Positions 51,301 through 63,599 of a stretch of DNA of 64,000 nucleotides are shown piece after piece (position 1 is the stretch's first letter; each line of letters starts with the position of its first letter). Under the pieces are notes generated by a model, which saw nothing but the letters and a program-made list of their open reading frames with translations, searched no databases and was not told the DNA's origin. The position numbers and the translations under genes were made by a program. This DNA comes from Eledone cirrhosa (Eukaryota), in NCBI GenBank assembly GCA_964016885.1, contig OZ024742.1:71486001-71550000 (forward strand), given 5' to 3'.

Positions 51301-51491
51301 GCTGCATAAAAAGGTGCAGAGCACTAGAAGTTGATGGAAACCGCGGAGTGGGGAGACCCAAGATGACTTGGGATGAGGTGATAAAAGCCGACCTTACCCA
51401 ACTACACCTCTCAAAGTCAATGACACACGACCGTGACTTCTGGCGTCACGCAGTAATACAGGGTACCCGACCTCCCATGGGTACATGCTGA
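48372..51491 (+). CDS. RTE LINE ORF: AP endonuclease plus reverse transcriptase with inserted PHD-like finger (1039 aa)
   Basis: APE motifs GTINV, CVQETRW, GVGILL, SAYAPQ, AGDFNGHVG, LDFIL, SQH. RT motifs NYRGIKL, QFGF, FVDLEKAFD, GVHQGSVLSPLLF, LYADD, FCYLG. No stops or frameshifts. Confidence 0.97.
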   Translation: MNLRATKHPREAPTQRPSPTSVDKCPKLRVGTINVGSMKGRAGEIVEMLERKEVDVCCVQETRWRGGSARVLVGKSQCYKFFWVGNDDGMGGVGILLADKWVDKVISVYRVNARIIKLRLVLNKTITTIISAYAPQSGLPDELKDRFYESLIHTTALTDDKDFLIIAGDFNGHVGKHCDGFNRVHGGHGVGTRNEEGFRLLEFCDANDMSICNTNFKKPDNHLITYRSGEHSSQLDFILIRGRDRWTVVNTKAFPSEECTSQHSLVVSDLTVRTRRALKQRPTWRRKIWKLKVPSTSNRFKDILLNAYDSKEEQIETFNVEENWEFLKNNLLEATDEVCGWSKTSSRRRVTWWWNNKVDEAVKAKRQAWKEWKNGGSRVHYIETKREARRQVYLARREAEDRKFKHVLQREDQKQEVFKIARQCVRDSCDVIGEKCIRNDKGELALTSAEKKDAWKSHYDRLLNEENAWEEETLPHVDPIEGPAVQVSGSVVSKAIRDMKIGKATGPSGIAAEMLKASGSVGHTITTRIVNQVILEGAIPKDWCSSIIVNCYKGKGDALDRGNYRGIKLMDQVMKVTERVIAQLIRDRVNIDEMQFGFVPGKGTTDALFLVRQLQEKYLAKSKPLYLAFVDLEKAFDRVPRAVIWWALRKLGVDEWLVKAVQAMYRGAVSKVRIGNEYSEEFSVQVGVHQGSVLSPLLFIIVLQAITEEFKTGCPWELLYADDLALIAESMVELENKFQTWKQGLERKGLKVNMTKTKVLISRRENRTQIPSGKWPCSVCRKGVGRNSILCPKCKQWVHKRCSGISGSLIKNVGFTCSSCAETASKQPQETSTTNLWEGPVETVDSFCYLGDRISNGGGCSESTITRVRTGWKKFRELLPLLAAKGFSLRMKGRLYDACIRTAMLHGSETWALKVEDLRRLERNEACMLRWMCNSNIRERQSINELRERLSIRGIKCCVQERRLRWYGHVMRMKDDSCIKRCRALEVDGNRGVGRPKMTWDEVIKADLTQLHLSKSMTHDRDFWRHAVIQGTRPPMGTC

Positions 51492-52194
51492 AGCATATAA
51501 ACAATATGCCCCCCCCCCCCCCCACCGCAAGGTGGTCGTGGAGGTGCCACGGCAAAAAAGCACCCAGCCCACACTGTAAAGTGGACGTGTAGGCGCCACG
51601 AAAAAGCACCCAGCACTCACTGTAAATGAGGTTGGTGTTAGGAAGGGCATCCAGCTGTAGAAATCAAGCCAGATCAGTTCCTGTATGAGCAAGGCATGGT
51701 CAGCCGACCAGACACTGCCCACAACAGGACAACCCGTCTAACCCATGCTAGCGTGGAAGAACGGACGTAAAACGGTGATGATGATATTGTGTTTTACACA
51801 TGAGAAATACAAAGAGGTGGATAGACAAAGTTGATATGAAACTGTGGCTAGAGAAAATATGGTTATATAGTCTGTCGTTTGGTAAGGAAATCAGTATTAC
51901 TGTGTAATTTAGGTGGTCTGTTGAAGAAACAACCAGCAATGCAGTGGGATTTAGGTGGTCTTTTGAAGTAAACAGCATTGCTGTGGGGTTTTGGGTGGTT
52001 TGTTGAATAAACAACATTACTACTACTACTACTGTGTGATTTAGGTGGTCTATTGAAGTAAACAGCATTATTACTGTGGAGCAGATTTAACACCACACTA
52101 CTGGAGCTATTGTAACACTGCACTAATGTGGAGCTAATGTAACACCACACTACTATGGAGCTACTGTGATGCCTAATATTGTTCTAAGTGCTGC

Positions 52195-53580
52195 TTTCTT
52201 GTGTCTTGGCAAGTATACCTTTCACAATGGCTGTGTTACTTTCTTGTGTATGTCTTGGTAAGTGTACCTATCACTATGGCAGAGCTGTGTAGCTTTCATG
52301 TCTATGTCTTGGTAAGTGTACCTATCACTATGGCAGAGCTGTGTAGCTTTCATGTCTATGTCTTGGTAAGTGTACCTATCACTATGGCAGAGCTGTGTAG
52401 CTTTCTTGTCTATGTCTTGGTAAGTGTACCTATCACTATGGCAGAGCTGTGTAGCTTTCTTGTCTATGTCTTGGTAAGTGTACCTATCACTATGGCAGAG
52501 CTGTGTAGCTTTCTTGTCTATGTCTTGGTAAGTGTACCTATCACTATGGCAGAGCTGTGTAGCTTTCTTGTCTATGTCTTGGTAAGTGTACCTATCACTA
52601 TGGCAGAGCTGTGTAGCTTTCTTGTCTATGTCTTGGTAAGTGTACCTATCACTATGGCAGAGCTGTGTAGCTTTCTTGTCTATGTCTTGGTAAGTGTACC
52701 TATCACTATGGCAGAGCTGTGTAGCTTTCTTGTCTATGTCTTGGTAAGTGTACCTATCACTATGGCAGAGCTGTGTAGCTTTCTTGTCTATGTCTTGGTA
52801 AGTGTACCTATCACTATGGCAGAGCTGTGTAGCTTTCTTGTCTATGTCTTGGTAAGTGTACCTATCACTATGGCAGAGCTGTGTAGCTTTCTTGTCTATG
52901 TCTTGGTAAGTGTACCTATCACTATGGCAGAGCTGTGTAGCTTTCTTGTCTATGTCTTGGTAAGTGTACCTATCACTATGGCAGAGCTGTGTAGCTTTCT
53001 TGTCTATGTCTTGGTAAGTGTACCTATCACTATGGCAGAACTGTGTAGCTTTCTTGTCTATGTCTTGGTAAGTGTACCTATCACTATGGCAGAGCTGTGT
53101 AGCTTTCTTGTCTATGTCTTGGTAAGTGTACCTATCACTATGGCAGAGCTGTGTAGCTTTCTTGTCTATGTCTTGGTAAGTGTACCTATCACTATGGCAG
53201 AGCTGTGTAGCTTTCTTGTCTATGTCTTGGTAAGTGTACCTATCACTATGGCAGAGCTGTGTAGCTTTCTTGTCTATGTCTTGGTAAGTGTACCTATCAC
53301 TATGGCAGAGCTGTGTAGCTTTCTTGTCTATGTCTTGGTAAGTGTACCTATCACTATGGCAGAACTGTGTAGCTTTCTTGTCTATGTCTTGGTAAGTGTA
53401 CCTATCACTATGGCAGAGCTGTGTAGCTTTCTTGTCTATGTCTTGGTAAGTATACCTATCACTATGACAGAACTGTGTAGCTTTCTTGTCTATGTCTTGT
53501 AAGTGTACCTATCACTATGGCAGAGCTGTGTAGCTTTCTTGTGTATGTCTTGGTATCTGTACTATCACTATGGCAGAGCC
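52195..53580. repeat. 54-bp minisatellite, about 25 nearly identical units
   Basis: Unit CTTTCTTGTCTATGTCTTGGTAAGTGTACCTATCACTATGGCAGAGCTGTGTAG. Confidence 0.98.
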
Positions 53581-53811
53581 GTGTTGGAAGGTTAGTGCAC
53601 AAGTTTTGTATTTGAGGGTGTGAAGGTGTTGAAAAGCTGGTGTAATTATCATAATGATTGCTTTTGTTGATTTACCAGTGTTAAAGTGTTAAAGTTTTGT
53701 TATAAGTACTGTAGGTTAGCTAATGGTTAGATTAGATTGAGAGAATTTAGTGGAGTTAACCTCTAACCTCTACTCAAATAACACAGCGTTCTGCCATATA
53801 CCATTTGTATG

Positions 53812-53861
<50 letters not shown>

Positions 53862-54191
53862 ACACACACACACGCGCACACACACACACATCATATGTGA
53901 ATAAACATAATGATACTGTATTGATACTTTGTTCCTGCTCCTTACACACACATACATATAAATATATATATATATAAATTTATTTTATATATATGTGTGT
54001 GTGTGCATGTGTGCGTGTGTATATATGTATAGTATGTTTATATACATACACACACATCATCTATATACTGTATCTTCTACTCTAATAGATAAGGAGAACT
54101 GAAACAAGTAGAAGAATTAAGTAGATTAGCTGTTGCATTGAAATATGAGCTTACTGCTGACATTCTTATTAACTGAACCACTCTTCATGTT

Positions 54192-54193
<2 letters not shown>

Positions 54194-54268
<75 letters not shown>
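54194..54268. repeat. (CA)n microsatellite
   Basis: Directly visible. Confidence 0.97.
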
Positions 54269-54269
<1 letters not shown>

Positions 54270-54719
54270 TTACACTCTTTCTTGCTTTGCTATTTTCTTC
54301 ATCAAGGAAGGATCTGTATTTGGACCCTCTGTTTGGTGCAGAAACTTGCACCACCCACAGAGACCTTTCATTCAGCCTAAGTTTCAAGAGGCAAATCCTC
54401 CCTCCTAATGGGATCCAGTCAATACACATTCCAACAGCTGGAGACTTGTGAATATCCCCACTCCTGCCTGTGCCATTATTTTTAGCACCATACCTGAGTA
54501 ATGGAGTTTCTATCGTACCTCTAAATCTACAGTACCAGAGCCATAGAACTTTGTTGAGGAAACCATGAGGAAACCAAGAAATCATGCCAATCACCATTTT
54601 GGAACTTTTCTCAGACCTGTGAAAATTAGTTTTTTTAGAGGCTGCTTTTATTTGCTCTGTAGCTACTGTACTGGGTTGTACGAGTTTCCTTGGGAGCTAG
54701 CAGTGTCACCCATTGCTCC

Positions 54720-55560
54720 ATCTCTCTTAGTCTGGATTTGCTTATTCTTCAAGCAAGAGCCCACTTATGTCGCAAATAACCATAATTTCTGATTGGTCTT
54801 ATTATAGAGGGATCTCCTTATTAAGCCTTCCTGGTAAAGTCTATGCTAATTGTCTGACAAAGAGCTGTAGGGATATTGTCAAGTTCAAGCTAGCTGACGA
54901 TCTCTGTGGTTTTCCCCTAGGACACAGCTCAGCAAACCAAATACTCACTCTGCAGCAGATCTTCAAGAAATCATGGGAATATTGCCAAGAGTTGTATCCT
55001 TGTTTCCTGGACCTCAAAAAAGCACACGATCATCTTCCATGGGTCCTGTTGAGGAAGGTTTTGCAGGAGTATGGGTTTGATGAACAGCTAGATTCCTGTT
55101 GCCCTGAAGTCTCTATATGAATGCCCTACTATTTGTGTTCAGATAAATGGTGCTAAATCAAAACCATTCAATGTAGGTGTCTGACTCCACCAAGAGTGCA
55201 TGCTGTAACTTCTCCTGTTCATAATCTTCATGAACAGGATTTACATGCACAGCTGGGTTTGAAGTGGTATCATGACTTGCAGCTGGAATTTACAGATGAC
55301 ATGGTACTATTTAATTCGTCAGAAGGTGATCTCCGACATGCACTTAGTAAGATTGCTGCCGAGTACTGCCTGGCAGGAATGAAAATCAGTTCTGCGAAGA
55401 CAGACACTCATCTTCTCAAAGAAGTTTGCCCAGTGCACTCTACATGTGAGTGGAGTTCCACTGAAGCAGATGAAGTTCAAGTGTCTCAGGGTTTGGTGGA
55501 AGGCAGGAGGCTGAATTATCTGCAAGAATTACAGGCACTGGTGTAGTAATACACCAGCTT
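54720..55560 (+). mobile_element. Old RTE-like RT fragment (different family)
   Basis: YRGISLLSLPGKVY, QILTLQQIFKKSWEY, CFLDLKKAHD, EFTDDMVL, GMKISSAKT, with multiple frameshifts. Confidence 0.85.
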
Positions 55561-56924
55561 CAGCAAGTACTGCTGCCAATGTAATTCACTATTGCTCATA
55601 TTGATGATCTTGTGCTGAAATTTGAAGCTAGACTTGTTCGTGTGTCTGTGTCCCATAGCTTAGTGGTTTGACAAAAAGAGATCAATAATATAAGTACCAT
55701 ACTTGAAAAATATAAAAGTACCTGAGTTGATATAATGGACTGAAATCTCTTAAAAGCAATGCCCCAGCATGGCTACAGCCTAATGACAGACACCAGTAAA
55801 GTCATCAAAGAATAAAGAAAAGATATTAATATTTGTTTATCCACTGTAATATAAGCTATAGACAAGGGGATAAACTCTGATAAGAGCAACATCAAATTCA
55901 TCTGTCCCCTTGCTGATAGCTTGTATCGAGTTAGAAATGTTACATAACAACCTTATTTCTTAAGATGCTCTCTGATGAAGTTGTGTTGGTGGTTGGGTGA
56001 TAGCAGCATTATGCAATCATGAACACCACAAAAATATGTATTGTGGCTGGTTATGAATAAATTAATTATGAATATCTATATCTGGCTTCACAGTCATCAC
56101 TATTGTATGTATTCTACATCATGGACTACTTGATTGCATCATCATTTACTGATTGGAGTGTTGCATACACAACAATGGTTAGTCAACATCTTATAACAAA
56201 AAAATATATATATAAATAAATAAAAACATCATTTTGTTTCTTGATGTATGTCTGCCACCAGAATCTTCCAGACAGTCGGTGTAGTAGTAGTAGTAGTGGT
56301 GGTGGTGTCTGAAAATCAGTCATTCTCAAGCTAGATAAAGAGGAAAACTGGATGATGAACTGTGAAAAACATATATCTTAATTATCCACCATATACATAT
56401 CTTAATTAGCCACATAAAAAAGAAGAAAATAAGAACAATGTTAAAAAAAGACTGTAAAAGTGAAGTAAAAATGATTGTACCAGCTAACTGCTAGCCAAGC
56501 ACATTATAATTAATTTGTTGTTGTTGTTGTTGTTGTGAGATCGATGAATGTATGAAATGGCAGAAAATCAGATTATACTTATGTTAAGAATTCATCATAT
56601 CATCAAAGCTTGGCAGGAATGTTAGGGAGGTATCAGACAAAATGCCTTTCAGTACTTGTTCTGGCTCTGAACAATCTGAATTGAAATCCTGCCAAGGTCA
56701 ACTTAGCCTTTTATTCTCCCAAGGTTGATACAATAGAGTACCAGTCAATGCAATTCACTATTCCTTTCCTCTTAAACTGCTGATCCTGAGCTTAAATTAG
56801 AAACTAGAATCATTAGTGTGTTGAACAAAATCTATCCCTAGTTGATAAAATATAGTGCCAGCAAAGTGCTGGTGTTAATATAATCGACTTTTCCTTCCCA
56901 CAAATTGTTGGCCTTGTTCCTGGT

Positions 56925-57215
56925 GGATTGGAAGTATCGGTAGAGGGTCGGACGCCATGCTTTGACGCATAGAGTTACGGCCCTTGCTATTCTGAGTTCA
57001 AATCCCGCCGACGTTAACTTTGCCTTTCATCCTTACGGGGTCGATAAAATAAAGTACCAGTAATGCACTGGGTAATTGCTGGCCTTGTGCCAAAAGTAGA
57101 ACAAATTATTATTGCTCCTGTAAATTGCTGGCCTTATTCCTAAATTAGAAACCATTATTATTGCTCCTGTAAATTGCTGGCCTTGTTCCTAAATTAGAAA
57201 CCATTATTATTAATT
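56925..57215 (+). mobile_element. SINE family B with duplicated tail
   Basis: Head and core as at 17984. The tail AAATTGCTGGCCTT..AGAAACCATTATTA is repeated. Older decayed copies lie at ~56610-56920. Confidence 0.85.
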
Positions 57216-58104
57216 ACCCCTACAAAAATGAAAACAATCCCGATACTAAATGTATTTAGTTTTTGTCTTTTATGTTTTGGGTTTAACTACACTTTTTATT
57301 CCTCAAAGGTTATTAATATAAGTACCAGTAATATACTGAGGAAATCAGGCTTCAAACCATTTCACTAGACTTATTCCCTACAGAAATTGGCCTCATGCCA
57401 TCATATTTTTTTTTCTTTTCTTTTGTTTCTAGCCAAACTGAGTAGATAATGTGTCTGACATATTGGCTTCTGTCCAATTTTATCATTTGAACATCTTGTA
57501 TTGACATGGTAGTCTACCTATTTGAACCTGGGATCTCCTGTTTTTTAAGATAAGCAAAGATCTGTCTACATCACCTGCTTGGTTGCACTAAATATTGAAC
57601 CTGAAACAAGCTGGTCTAGTAAGGCCTCTTCTTTCACCACAACCACCACTGCTGCCATTGACTCCTTCTCTTTTCTTTCCACCACAAATAGATTATGCTT
57701 GTCATCTTTGTTTTCTGCCTCAATAGTTTTCCACATTCAATGTCATCACCTACACATTTCCTACTCATGTTTTCCATATATTTAAACTTTACTATATTGG
57801 TTAGCTTAAGTTTCTGTGAAATTTATTCTTAAATTTTTTAAATTATCTCATATATTTATGAGACAAATTTTCATTCAGGTGTGATTTATAAGTTGTCTTT
57901 GGAAATGCGTGAACTTAGTAGATAGAAACTGTATGAAAGCCCACCTTGTGTGATGTGCAAAGATTAGTACCTTCCTAAAAAAAATAAACAAAAACAAACT
58001 ATGGGTTGGTGTGAGGAAGGGCAGCTATCTCTAAAATTCTACTTTAAAAAAAAGTCTTGTTCTACCTGTGTCTTACCCATGCAGGTATGGAAAAACAAAC
58101 AAAA

Positions 58105-58290
58105 TAATTGTTTCTACTTTAGGCACAAGGCCAGCAATTACCCAGTGCATTACTGGTACTTTATTTTATCGACCCCGTAAGGATGAAAGGCAAAGTCAAC
58201 CTCGGCGGGATTTGAACTCAGATTGTAAAGGGACGTAACTATGCTGGAAAGCATGGCGTCCGACCCTCTACCGATACTGCCAATCCACTG
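58105..58290 (-). mobile_element. SINE family B
   Basis: Reverse complement of 56925-57112. Confidence 0.88.
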
Positions 58291-58389
58291 AGAATTTGTA
58301 TGTTATTTAGTACATCACCACTTACCTGAATTATATAAATTCATGCCATTGCTTTTGTAATTAAGTAAATTATACTGGCCAAAATTCTT

Positions 58390-58686
58390 TGTAAGGTAGG
58401 GAAGACTTTGTATGTAGAAGATGCACTGGAGTTATCAAGGGAAAGAGTGTCAGTGATGTAAACCTTTTCCAATCACAGGAAGGATCCATAGATGTGGTTG
58501 ATAGTTTCTGCTATATAGGTGACCCAGTTAGCAACGGAACAGGGTGCTCTGAGAGCATAATAGCTAGAATAAGGATAGGATGGAAGAAGTTTAGAGAGCT
58601 ATTCCCACTGTTAACAACAAAAGGTTTCTCTCTGCGTACAAAAGAATGATTGTATGACATGTATGCAAAGTACGATGATGATGATG
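58390..58686 (+). mobile_element. Old RTE internal fragment ending in (GAT)n
   Basis: GSIDVVDSFCYIGDPVSNGTGCSESIIARIRIGWKKFRELFPLLTTKGFSL. Confidence 0.85.
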
Positions 58687-60954
58687 TAGATTAGGTATAT
58701 TTATTAGTGTTTGATCAGTTGTGGTATAGATATTTCCAGGAAGTTGTATTCATGATATAACACTGTATTTACCAACTATATTAGTTGGATTGCATAAAGA
58801 TATGTCTAAAGAAGAAAATAAAAAAAATAAAAATCTTCAGGTGCAGAGTACGTAGTATCTGCAGTCTGTTGGTATATATCTTTAGTTTCATAGCAAACCA
58901 GTAAAAGTACATCTAGAATACTTTGTAAGATATACTAGTCTTTAAAACTGACTAATAGTAACTTATTTTTAGATATAATGAACTGTTGCTATAACTTCTC
59001 TCCAATATTTATTTACTATAAGATAGCTTAGAAGAAGCTAAGAAAGGGGAAAAGTTGAGACAAAATCCTAATATTTTGTTTGACTTTTTTTTTGTGTTAT
59101 TTGGTATCAAATAAGCAGAATCATTATAACTGCAAATACTTGAGTATTTGTTTTGGTTCACTGCATTCTAAGTTCAAATTCTATCGAGGTCAACTATATC
59201 TTTCATCATTTCGGGATCAACAAATAAATTATCAGTCCAGCAACAGTGGATTCATGGAATTGTTAAAGAGTCAGATAGGATGCTTTGTGGTATCTGATCC
59301 AGCTCTGTATGGTCTGAGTTCAAATCCCACTCCTTTCTTCCAGGAATTGTGGCAAGTAGAAAGTATCAACAATGAAAATATTGTTTCCTTAGCCCAATCT
59401 GATGGTTGGTTGTTTCCTTTCTTTTTTTTTAATACTAAATCCCAGTTATTTACCTGTCTATTAACTTGAATGGAAGAAGACTTGAAGGTGACTTGGCAGA
59501 GTCATTAGAGGTTTGGATTAAATATTTAAGTACTGAGGTCAACATTGCTTTTCATCTGAAAAAGTGCCAGTCCAGAGTGGTGAATTGGTGATATTGTTAA
59601 AGCTTTAGATGGAATGCCTTGCAGTATCTGTTCCAGCTCCATGTATTCTGAATTCAAGTCCTGCCTCCTGTCACTATAAAAAATGCTGACATAATAGGAC
59701 TGGAGTTGCTCTCATTAAAAGACCTGAGAAAACTTCAATAAGATATGACCTCATAAGTGACCAGTTAAACCTACATGACAAAAAGGGGGTGGAGGACATC
59801 ATCAATAAAACTTACTAGGTTTCCTTTAATCCTTTTGTAACTATATTTGGAGTGATCCATTATATTTTCACAGATGTAATGTTTATAGTTAAATAAGCCA
59901 GTTTCACCAACAGATGTAATGTTTATATCTAAAAAACCAGTCTCATCAACAGATGTAATATTTATATCGAAATAATTCAATGTAAAACAGTTTTCCCCCA
60001 AAACTATGTAATAGATATTTGGTGTGTTGATGCTATTCTTTTGTATTTTCTGTACTATAAAATGCAGTAGATTTGAAGGCTAAATGGTGTTAGTATTCTG
60101 CTGCATAGTCCAAGTCTTGCTAGCATGAAAAACAGATATTAAATGATGTGAGAATGAGGACAATGCTGACAATGAATGATGAGTATTTGGACAAAATAAT
60201 AATCTATAAATCTGTAAATGTGTGTGTGTTTGTGGGAATGTATGTGTATTTGTTTGAATGTATGTCTGTGAGTGCGTATTTTTGTAAGTATATCTGTGTT
60301 TGCACGTTTATATTTATATACTCATACATATACATATGCACATGTATACATATGCACATGTATACATATGCACATGTATACATATGCACATATACATATA
60401 TGTGCCAGCATGTTGAAAAAAGTTCTAGTATTATGAAATAGGTCAAAGTGTTAACTGTTGTTTTGATTCTCTTATTCTACTTTTAGTTTTCGCTCCTGTA
60501 TTTCTACCTTGCATTGTGTCAGCTTTCACAAAACAATTTTTTTAAAATTCTTTCCAATTATTAGACTGTAGCCATGTTTGGGCACTGCCTTGAAAAAATT
60601 TAGTTGAGCATATCAACCACAATACTTGTTTTTTCAAGCCTGGAACTTATTTGGCCTAATCACTTTTTGCCAAACCGCTAAGTTTCAAAGTATAAACAAA
60701 CAAACACACACACACACGCACACAGACACACACACCATTTAGCAACTGTTGCTCACAAAGCACTGGTCAACAGTAGAAAGAACTTTTCCAAGGTGTGACT
60801 GAAACTGAAGCCATGTGGTTCCAAAGTGAACCCTGTAACCACACAGCAATGTCTGCGTCTGTTCAACAAATGTTGCTGTTATTACTTTTAATGTTGTTGT
60901 TATTGCTGTTTTTCTCTTTGTAGTTTTTAAAAAGCATTCAGCTTTGAACATTGT

Positions 60955-61280
60955 TGAGAGTGGAGACGAGTGAGGTATGGTAAGGCTGAGGGTAGAGAAG
61001 AGTAAGGCGTGGAGAAGAGTGAGGTGAGGGTGAGGGTGGAGAAGAGTGAGGTGTGATGAGGGTGGAGAAGAGTGAGGTGTGGTGCAGGTGGAGAAGAATG
61101 AAGTAGGGTGATGGTGGAGAAGAGTGAGGTGTGGAGAAGTGTGATGTGTGGTAGGGGTGGGGTGTGCTGAAGAGTAGTGAAGTGTGAAGTGTGATGAGGT
61201 TGAGATGTGAGGGTGGAGAAGAATGAGGTGTGATGAGGGTGGAGAATAGTGAGGTGTGGTGAAGGTGGAGGAGAATCAAG
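60955..61280. repeat. Purine-rich degenerate minisatellite
   Basis: GGTGGAGAAGAGTGAGGTGTG-like units. Confidence 0.8.
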
Positions 61281-62262
61281 TCAATTTGTCTGGGATCCAT
61301 TGAGAATTTCTATGGTTTATATTTTTTTATATTGCATGTATGTATGTTTTATGTTCATTGACTCTAGGAAATACATATTGAATGCAGTTCAGGAATTTCA
61401 AGCTGGAAGCTATTGTGTGTGCATATGTGTGCATACATGTGTGTGTCTATGCATGTTATGCAACTGTCAAAACAATATTGCAGTTAAGTTGCAGTCTATA
61501 TAAAGAGATTGTTAAAGCTGGTTATTTAATATATTTTAACGTATCATTAGTGTTTAAGCATTGCATTGGCGCCAGAAAATTATGTTTTACTGCCAAATAA
61601 TCCTTTGGCCTTCCAAGGAAAATGAATATTAAAAATTAATCACACTCCTCAATATTTAAAAAAAAAAAAAATTGCACTCCTTAAATATATTACAAGTGAT
61701 TATTAATCTTTGCACTGTACTCTTCCCCCAAACCGTCCGTATTTGGCCACAATTCTCTCACCTGTTTGTTCAAACCGGCTGTAATCAGCTGCTCATAGTG
61801 ATGTTAAGGTATTATTCTCAAAATAAATAATATCAAAATCTCATAGATTCGATTTTATGTGAGATAATTATGTAAGGTAAAGCCTTTACCATGAAATTAT
61901 AATAGTATATATAGAGAGTAAAGAGTAATGTAAATGCTAAAGGGCTAAAAAGAACCCCCCCCCCCCCCAAAAAAAAACACTGCTGCAGGAGAAAAATAAA
62001 TAAAAACCAAAAAGGGTAGCATTGTACAATACCAAGCTCAGAACAAGCCACTTGAAAGATGCACATGAGACAACACAACATAGAAACAGGGGACAACAAG
62101 TGAGTGTCTTTCAAGTGAAAACGGAACTGGATATGGGGCAGACATGCTATGCAAATGGTAACACTGGAAGGAGAAAATTATAAATAGACTTTTTAGAGAG
62201 AGAGAGGTAGGTCACACTGGTGAGTAAACAGTAAGTTTGTAAAAAAGGGAGGGTGTAGTATT

Positions 62263-62294
62263 ACACACACACGTACGCGCACGCACGCACGCAT

Positions 62295-62368
<74 letters not shown>
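62263..62368. repeat. (CA)n microsatellite
   Basis: Directly visible. Confidence 0.97.
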
Positions 62369-62373
<5 letters not shown>

Positions 62374-63039
62374 GGTTTGTTATTTAAATATTAAAAAATT
62401 AATATAAAACAGTTGAAGATACTGCAATTATATACTTTGAAATATCTTATTTGTTTTAAGATAATCCTTTTAAGTTGTCCTTGCCTGTTTGTTTGTTCTA
62501 AAAATGCATTGTAATGGATTGTATTAGAAATTATTATTTACATATCAGAGAGAAGGGCTTTTTTTTTGTTTAAAAATAATCCATTATAAAAGGAAAGGAT
62601 TCTTGAAAATATTGGCAGAATTCCCTCCATTTCACCTCATACTTGTAATGTTCATTTGCTATCATTAAAGAACACCAAAGTGTTTTAGCAGATGTAAAGG
62701 TATAGCGATTACAGTGAAATGTAAAGCAGAACAACTAATAAAAAATCAACCTTCTTTGAAAATCTGATGAGCTGCACTATGTGTTCATTAGACTGTAACA
62801 TGAGTCATCACTAGCAAGTTCTTAGCATATTTTCCATTGAAGTTTACCTTGTTTGGGAGAACAGCTTAATCCTCTTGGCACTGTGGGGGACAGAAGTCGC
62901 CGATAGAGTAATCTCCCCTTAATACATAATGCAGTATCAAGGAAAGCAATTCATAAAAAAATACAGCCTCCTAAAGTTTAAACTGCTTATCAAATATTGC
63001 TAGATAAAACAAAACAAAATAAAAACATTCTTATTTTCT

Positions 63040-63330
63040 GATGAAGTTATCAGGAAAGTGGTTAGGATGTTGGGCTTGTAATTGGGTGTTTCATTCCTGG
63101 ACCAAGCAGCATATTATCCTTGAGCAAGATGCTTTATTTCACATGGCTCCAGTTTATTCAGCTGGAGAAATGTGTTGTGACGACACTGGTGCCAAGCTGT
63201 ATTGGCACTTGCCTTTTCCTTGGACAACATCAATGGCAGGAAGAGGAGAGACTTGTATTTATGGGCAACTGCTTGTCATCTACAAAACATCTCATCTAGG
63301 ATTGTGTTTTGGAGAGGAACTTTCGAGGTT
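63040..63330 (+). mobile_element. Decayed CORE-like SINE
   Basis: AGTGGTTAGG..TCCTTGAGCAAGATGCTTTATTTCACATGGCTCCAGTTTATTCAGCTG followed by a different tail. Confidence 0.65.
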
Positions 63331-63599
63331 GAAACCTGGACATTAAATGAGAGATCACAGATTTCACATCTCACAGCTACAGGAAGTACTTCAATATACA
63401 GTATTTGAACTGTGTGAAACAGTCAATATAAACACTCTCAGTCAATCAGTAGCAGGGGATGAGAATATTTAGCTGTGATAGGCCGAACATTCTCAGCCAA
63501 ACAGTAGCAGGGAATGAGAATATTTAGCTGTGATAGACCAGGAGAATGACAGCCAATCAGTAGTTATGCCCTTAATTCAGTCAATTTATTGATGACAAT

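Larger units (their letters stand above)
43980..51785 (+). mobile_element. Full-length, apparently intact RTE LINE including its putative monomeric 5' region
   Basis: Monomer array, unique 5' UTR (48124-48371), single intact ORF, and 3' UTR ending GGACGTAAAACGGTGATGATGAT. Including the array in the element is an inference from the sister copy. Confidence 0.85.

Noticed and set aside
48812-51361. Antisense ORFs over the RTE (also 460-1272, 39615-40256 and those over the CRE element)
   Set aside because: Shadow frames of the coding strand with no independent motifs.
52201-53502. 433-aa hydrophobic repeat protein
   Set aside because: It lies entirely within the 54-bp array. Units are essentially invariant, so there is no codon-level evidence of selection.
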